Virus record (IMG/VR): IMGVR_UViG_3300007352_000001
Coordinates: 1-64,000 of that record
Direction: 5' to 3' (one strand)
DNA: 64,000 bases
Positions within the stretch are counted from its first letter, which is position 1. Every line of letters starts with the position of its first letter. Shown here piece by piece: positions 61,742 to 64,000 of the stretch. The translations under genes and the position numbers were made by a program. The notes beneath the pieces are model-generated. The model did no database searches. It was not told the origin of the DNA and saw only the letters and a program-made list of their open reading frames with translations.

Positions 61742-63313
61742 TCACTCGGTCAAATACGCACGGAAGCGTATGCGATCGCCGTACACCACTTCGAGTTCGT
61801 GCCCGTCGGGCCAGCGCTCTTCTGCGCGCGGTGCCCACGGCAGATACCGACCGAGGAAGAAGAACGCCGCTGGCGGGGTGACATCGCCCCAGGCGCCATC
61901 CTCGGCCGCACGAAACTCGCGCGATCGGTCCCGTGCATCCAAATCCCCAGCAAGGAAGCGGAGCGTCTCGTAGTGCACGCTCCAGCGGTCGGAGAAGAAG
62001 TTGACCTGCGTGCCCGCCGGCAAGGTGACCACCTGCTCGGCGAAGAGCCGCAGTTCGGGTGCAAAGACGTGCTCGGCCTCTTCGGTCTTGAGCGACGCCG
62101 GGTAACGCAAGATGTCCACCGCGGCACTGAGAGCGAGAATCGCCCCGAGCGCGGCCGTCCACTGGTAGCGCTTGGAGTGCCACAAGGCGCCGAGCGGCAG
62201 CGCCGCCAGGAACGCGATGAACGGCGCGAGCGCCAGCGTGCGTCGGAAGTCGCCGTTGCCAGTGGTCAGGATCGCTCCCCACGGGAAGATCAAGACAGCT
62301 GCGCAGCAGACGGCGCACGCCCAGTCGAACCGGCGATGCCAAGCCAGCACGAAGCCGACAGCGGCGGCGATCGAGATCAGTGGGTTGATCGGTGGGAAGC
62401 CTGGACTGGACAGGCCGTCACCGAAGTCTGGGCGCCCGCCAGCGAGAAGCCCAACAACGAACTTCCCTAGCTCGGCGATGATGAGCGCCACGCGCTCCCA
62501 CCAGTGCGCCGCGGCCAGCCACTCCTCGGACGTGAAGATCATCAGGCCGGAAGCGCGGTTGAAGTACTGCTGTGGGTTCTCGACCGCATACAAGATCATC
62601 GGCACCACCGCGGTGCTCACCGCCACCGCGAAAATGGTCGCCCGCGCCAGGTAGCGATCAGACGGCTCACGGATTTTCGCCAGCACGAACATAGCCGCGT
62701 AGAGCGCAAAGGTGAGTGGATAGGCGTTGTACGTGTAGATCCCCAAGCCTGCGAGGAACCCCGCGGCCAGGGACAGCCCTGGGTGCGCACGGGTACGCAG
62801 CGCGTAGGTGAGCACGATGCAGGTCGCCAGCATCACCAGCGGCCAACTCGCCACCATGTAGCCGGTGCGGCTCAGGTGGAAGTGCCACGGCATGCACGCC
62901 AGCAGGAAGGCGGCGATGGTCGCCTGTGGGCGTGAGAACCAGAGCAACCCGAGCACGTAGGTGAGCACCACCGTGGCGATACCGAGGACCGCGATCGCCC
63001 CACGCAGCGTCGTCATCGAGACACCGAAGACAGAGAAGACGGCGGCGACCCAGTAGAGCGGCCCGGCCGGTTGCCCCAGTCCGCTGGGGTAGACGTAGGG
63101 ACCGATCCAGCCTTCGTCGAGGATGCGCTGGGCATCGAGCCCGGTGAGCGCCTCATCGCCGTGGAGACCGAACGGCACGTCGCCGATCCCCACCAAGCGG
63201 ACCAGTGCGGCGAAGACCGCCACCACCAGCCCCAGGCTGATGGTCAGCGCCCGCTCCCGCGTCGCCGTCGCCACCCCTGCCTGCGCCGGGGCGGCGGCAA
63301 CCCGAAACATCAT
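61742..63313 (-). CDS. GT-C fold membrane glycosyltransferase (GT39/ArnT-like)
   Basis: LVRL..G.VP.GLHGDEA, many TM segments, PWHFHLSR, GIYTY. Confidence 0.85.
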   Translation of the reverse strand: MMFRVAAAPAQAGVATATRERALTISLGLVVAVFAALVRLVGIGDVPFGLHGDEALTGLDAQRILDEGWIGPYVYPSGLGQPAGPLYWVAAVFSVFGVSMTTLRGAIAVLGIATVVLTYVLGLLWFSRPQATIAAFLLACMPWHFHLSRTGYMVASWPLVMLATCIVLTYALRTRAHPGLSLAAGFLAGLGIYTYNAYPLTFALYAAMFVLAKIREPSDRYLARATIFAVAVSTAVVPMILYAVENPQQYFNRASGLMIFTSEEWLAAAHWWERVALIIAELGKFVVGLLAGGRPDFGDGLSSPGFPPINPLISIAAAVGFVLAWHRRFDWACAVCCAAVLIFPWGAILTTGNGDFRRTLALAPFIAFLAALPLGALWHSKRYQWTAALGAILALSAAVDILRYPASLKTEEAEHVFAPELRLFAEQVVTLPAGTQVNFFSDRWSVHYETLRFLAGDLDARDRSREFRAAEDGAWGDVTPPAAFFFLGRYLPWAPRAEERWPDGHELEVVYGDRIRFRAYLTE

Positions 63314-63435
63314 GGTCGGCGCGTAGCATACCTCTTCAGCTTTTGTCCAGCACCACCTCACCACCCCACCACACTGACGGCACCGGTCGTCATTAACCGC
63401 GGCCTTTTTGTGAGCCGCGAAGCGAGGTCACCCGC

Positions 63436-64000
63436 ATGGGTATCCATGTCTTGGCAACGAACCTGGCGCAGCAGAATGGGTTCTTCGAGCCCCAGCGCCA
63501 GCACAACTGGAACCTGGAGATCACGGGTATCGGCGACGGCAACGACGCCGAGATCATCTCGCTCTCGCTCGCCAACGGATTCATTCCCCAGGTGGCGAAC
63601 GAAGAGGTCGAGATCCCGTACGGCAACGAGCGCGTGTACGTCGCCGGCAAGGCTGTCTGGGCAGCCGGTACGGTGACGGTGCGCGACTGGGTGGACCGTC
63701 GCACGGCGGCAGTGCTCTACAACTGGCGTCTGCAGGTCTACAACCCGGTCACCGGTCGCATCGGTCTGGCGAGCCAGTACAAGAAGAAGGCCTTCGTGGT
63801 CCTCTTCGGCCCGAACCAGGACGAGATCGGCGGCGTAGTTTCCAACCCGAAGATGGAACGGGAATGGGAGCTGATCGGCTGCTGGCCGCAGACGGTCAAC
63901 TACGCCGCGAACGGACTCGACATGTCGTCCAGCGGACAGGTCATGATCGAGCTGAACCTGCGCTACGACAAGGCCATCGCAACGCAGATCGAGTCGGCTG
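63436..64000 (+). CDS. gp19: tail tube protein (T4 gp19-like), 3'-truncated by window end
   Basis: Not in the ORF track because no stop is reached; MGIHVL..FEPQRQHNW..EIPYGN..YVAGK..YNW...VYNPVTG..G....YKK..W.LIGCWP..LRYDKA. Confidence 0.9.
   Translation, partial: MGIHVLATNLAQQNGFFEPQRQHNWNLEITGIGDGNDAEIISLSLANGFIPQVANEEVEIPYGNERVYVAGKAVWAAGTVTVRDWVDRRTAAVLYNWRLQVYNPVTGRIGLASQYKKKAFVVLFGPNQDEIGGVVSNPKMEREWELIGCWPQTVNYAANGLDMSSSGQVMIELNLRYDKAIATQIESA

Noticed and set aside
1-64000. Stop-codon reassignment (TAG or TGA) as seen in some jumbo phages
   Set aside because: Capsid, sheath, protease and enzyme genes are full length under code 11, and TAG, TGA and TAA all end genes at sensible places.
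1-64000. Diversity-generating retroelement, intron, intein or transposon
   Set aside because: No reverse transcriptase, transposase, intein motifs or template/variable repeat pair was seen by eye.

Overview
This 64-kb window is part of a high-GC, T4-like jumbo myophage genome. The virion genes are scattered over more than 30 kb: prohead protease fused to a scaffold, gp23-type major capsid protein, neck proteins, a gp8-like baseplate protein, tail terminator, tail sheath, and a tail tube gene cut off by the window end. Portal and terminase are not in the window. Between the virion genes lie many small ORFans, 4 tRNAs and auxiliary enzymes: AAA+ ATPase, heme-oxygenase-like diiron enzyme, Tyr phosphatase, calcineurin-like and DHH phosphoesterases, 3 SAM methyltransferases, GT2 and GT39-like glycosyltransferases, a SpoU/TrmL methyltransferase, PyrE and 2 HNH nucleases. 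There is also a cluster of Cys-rich signal-peptide proteins. The main unexplained signal is two short peptide tags reused on otherwise unrelated proteins. (1) Seven tandem, translationally coupled small genes (50331-52194) have unrelated N-termini but share the C-terminal tail G-[RS]-[VA]-G-x-[FY]-S-x-x-G-P-A; six of them continue x-x-T-x-x-x-P-stop. About nine more RVG-x-x-S-type copies occur elsewhere. (2) A roughly 23-aa helix-Gly-helix tag, often ending in hydrophobic-x-Glu, occurs on 12 proteins, several His-rich; it is a candidate capsid-targeting/prohead-protease signal. Also notable: a stand-alone ethylene-receptor-like sensor domain after the capsid gene, a TrmL-like gene abutting tRNA-Leu(CAA), and an EXD2-like HNH protein. 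All family calls come from motif recognition by eye; no searches were run.
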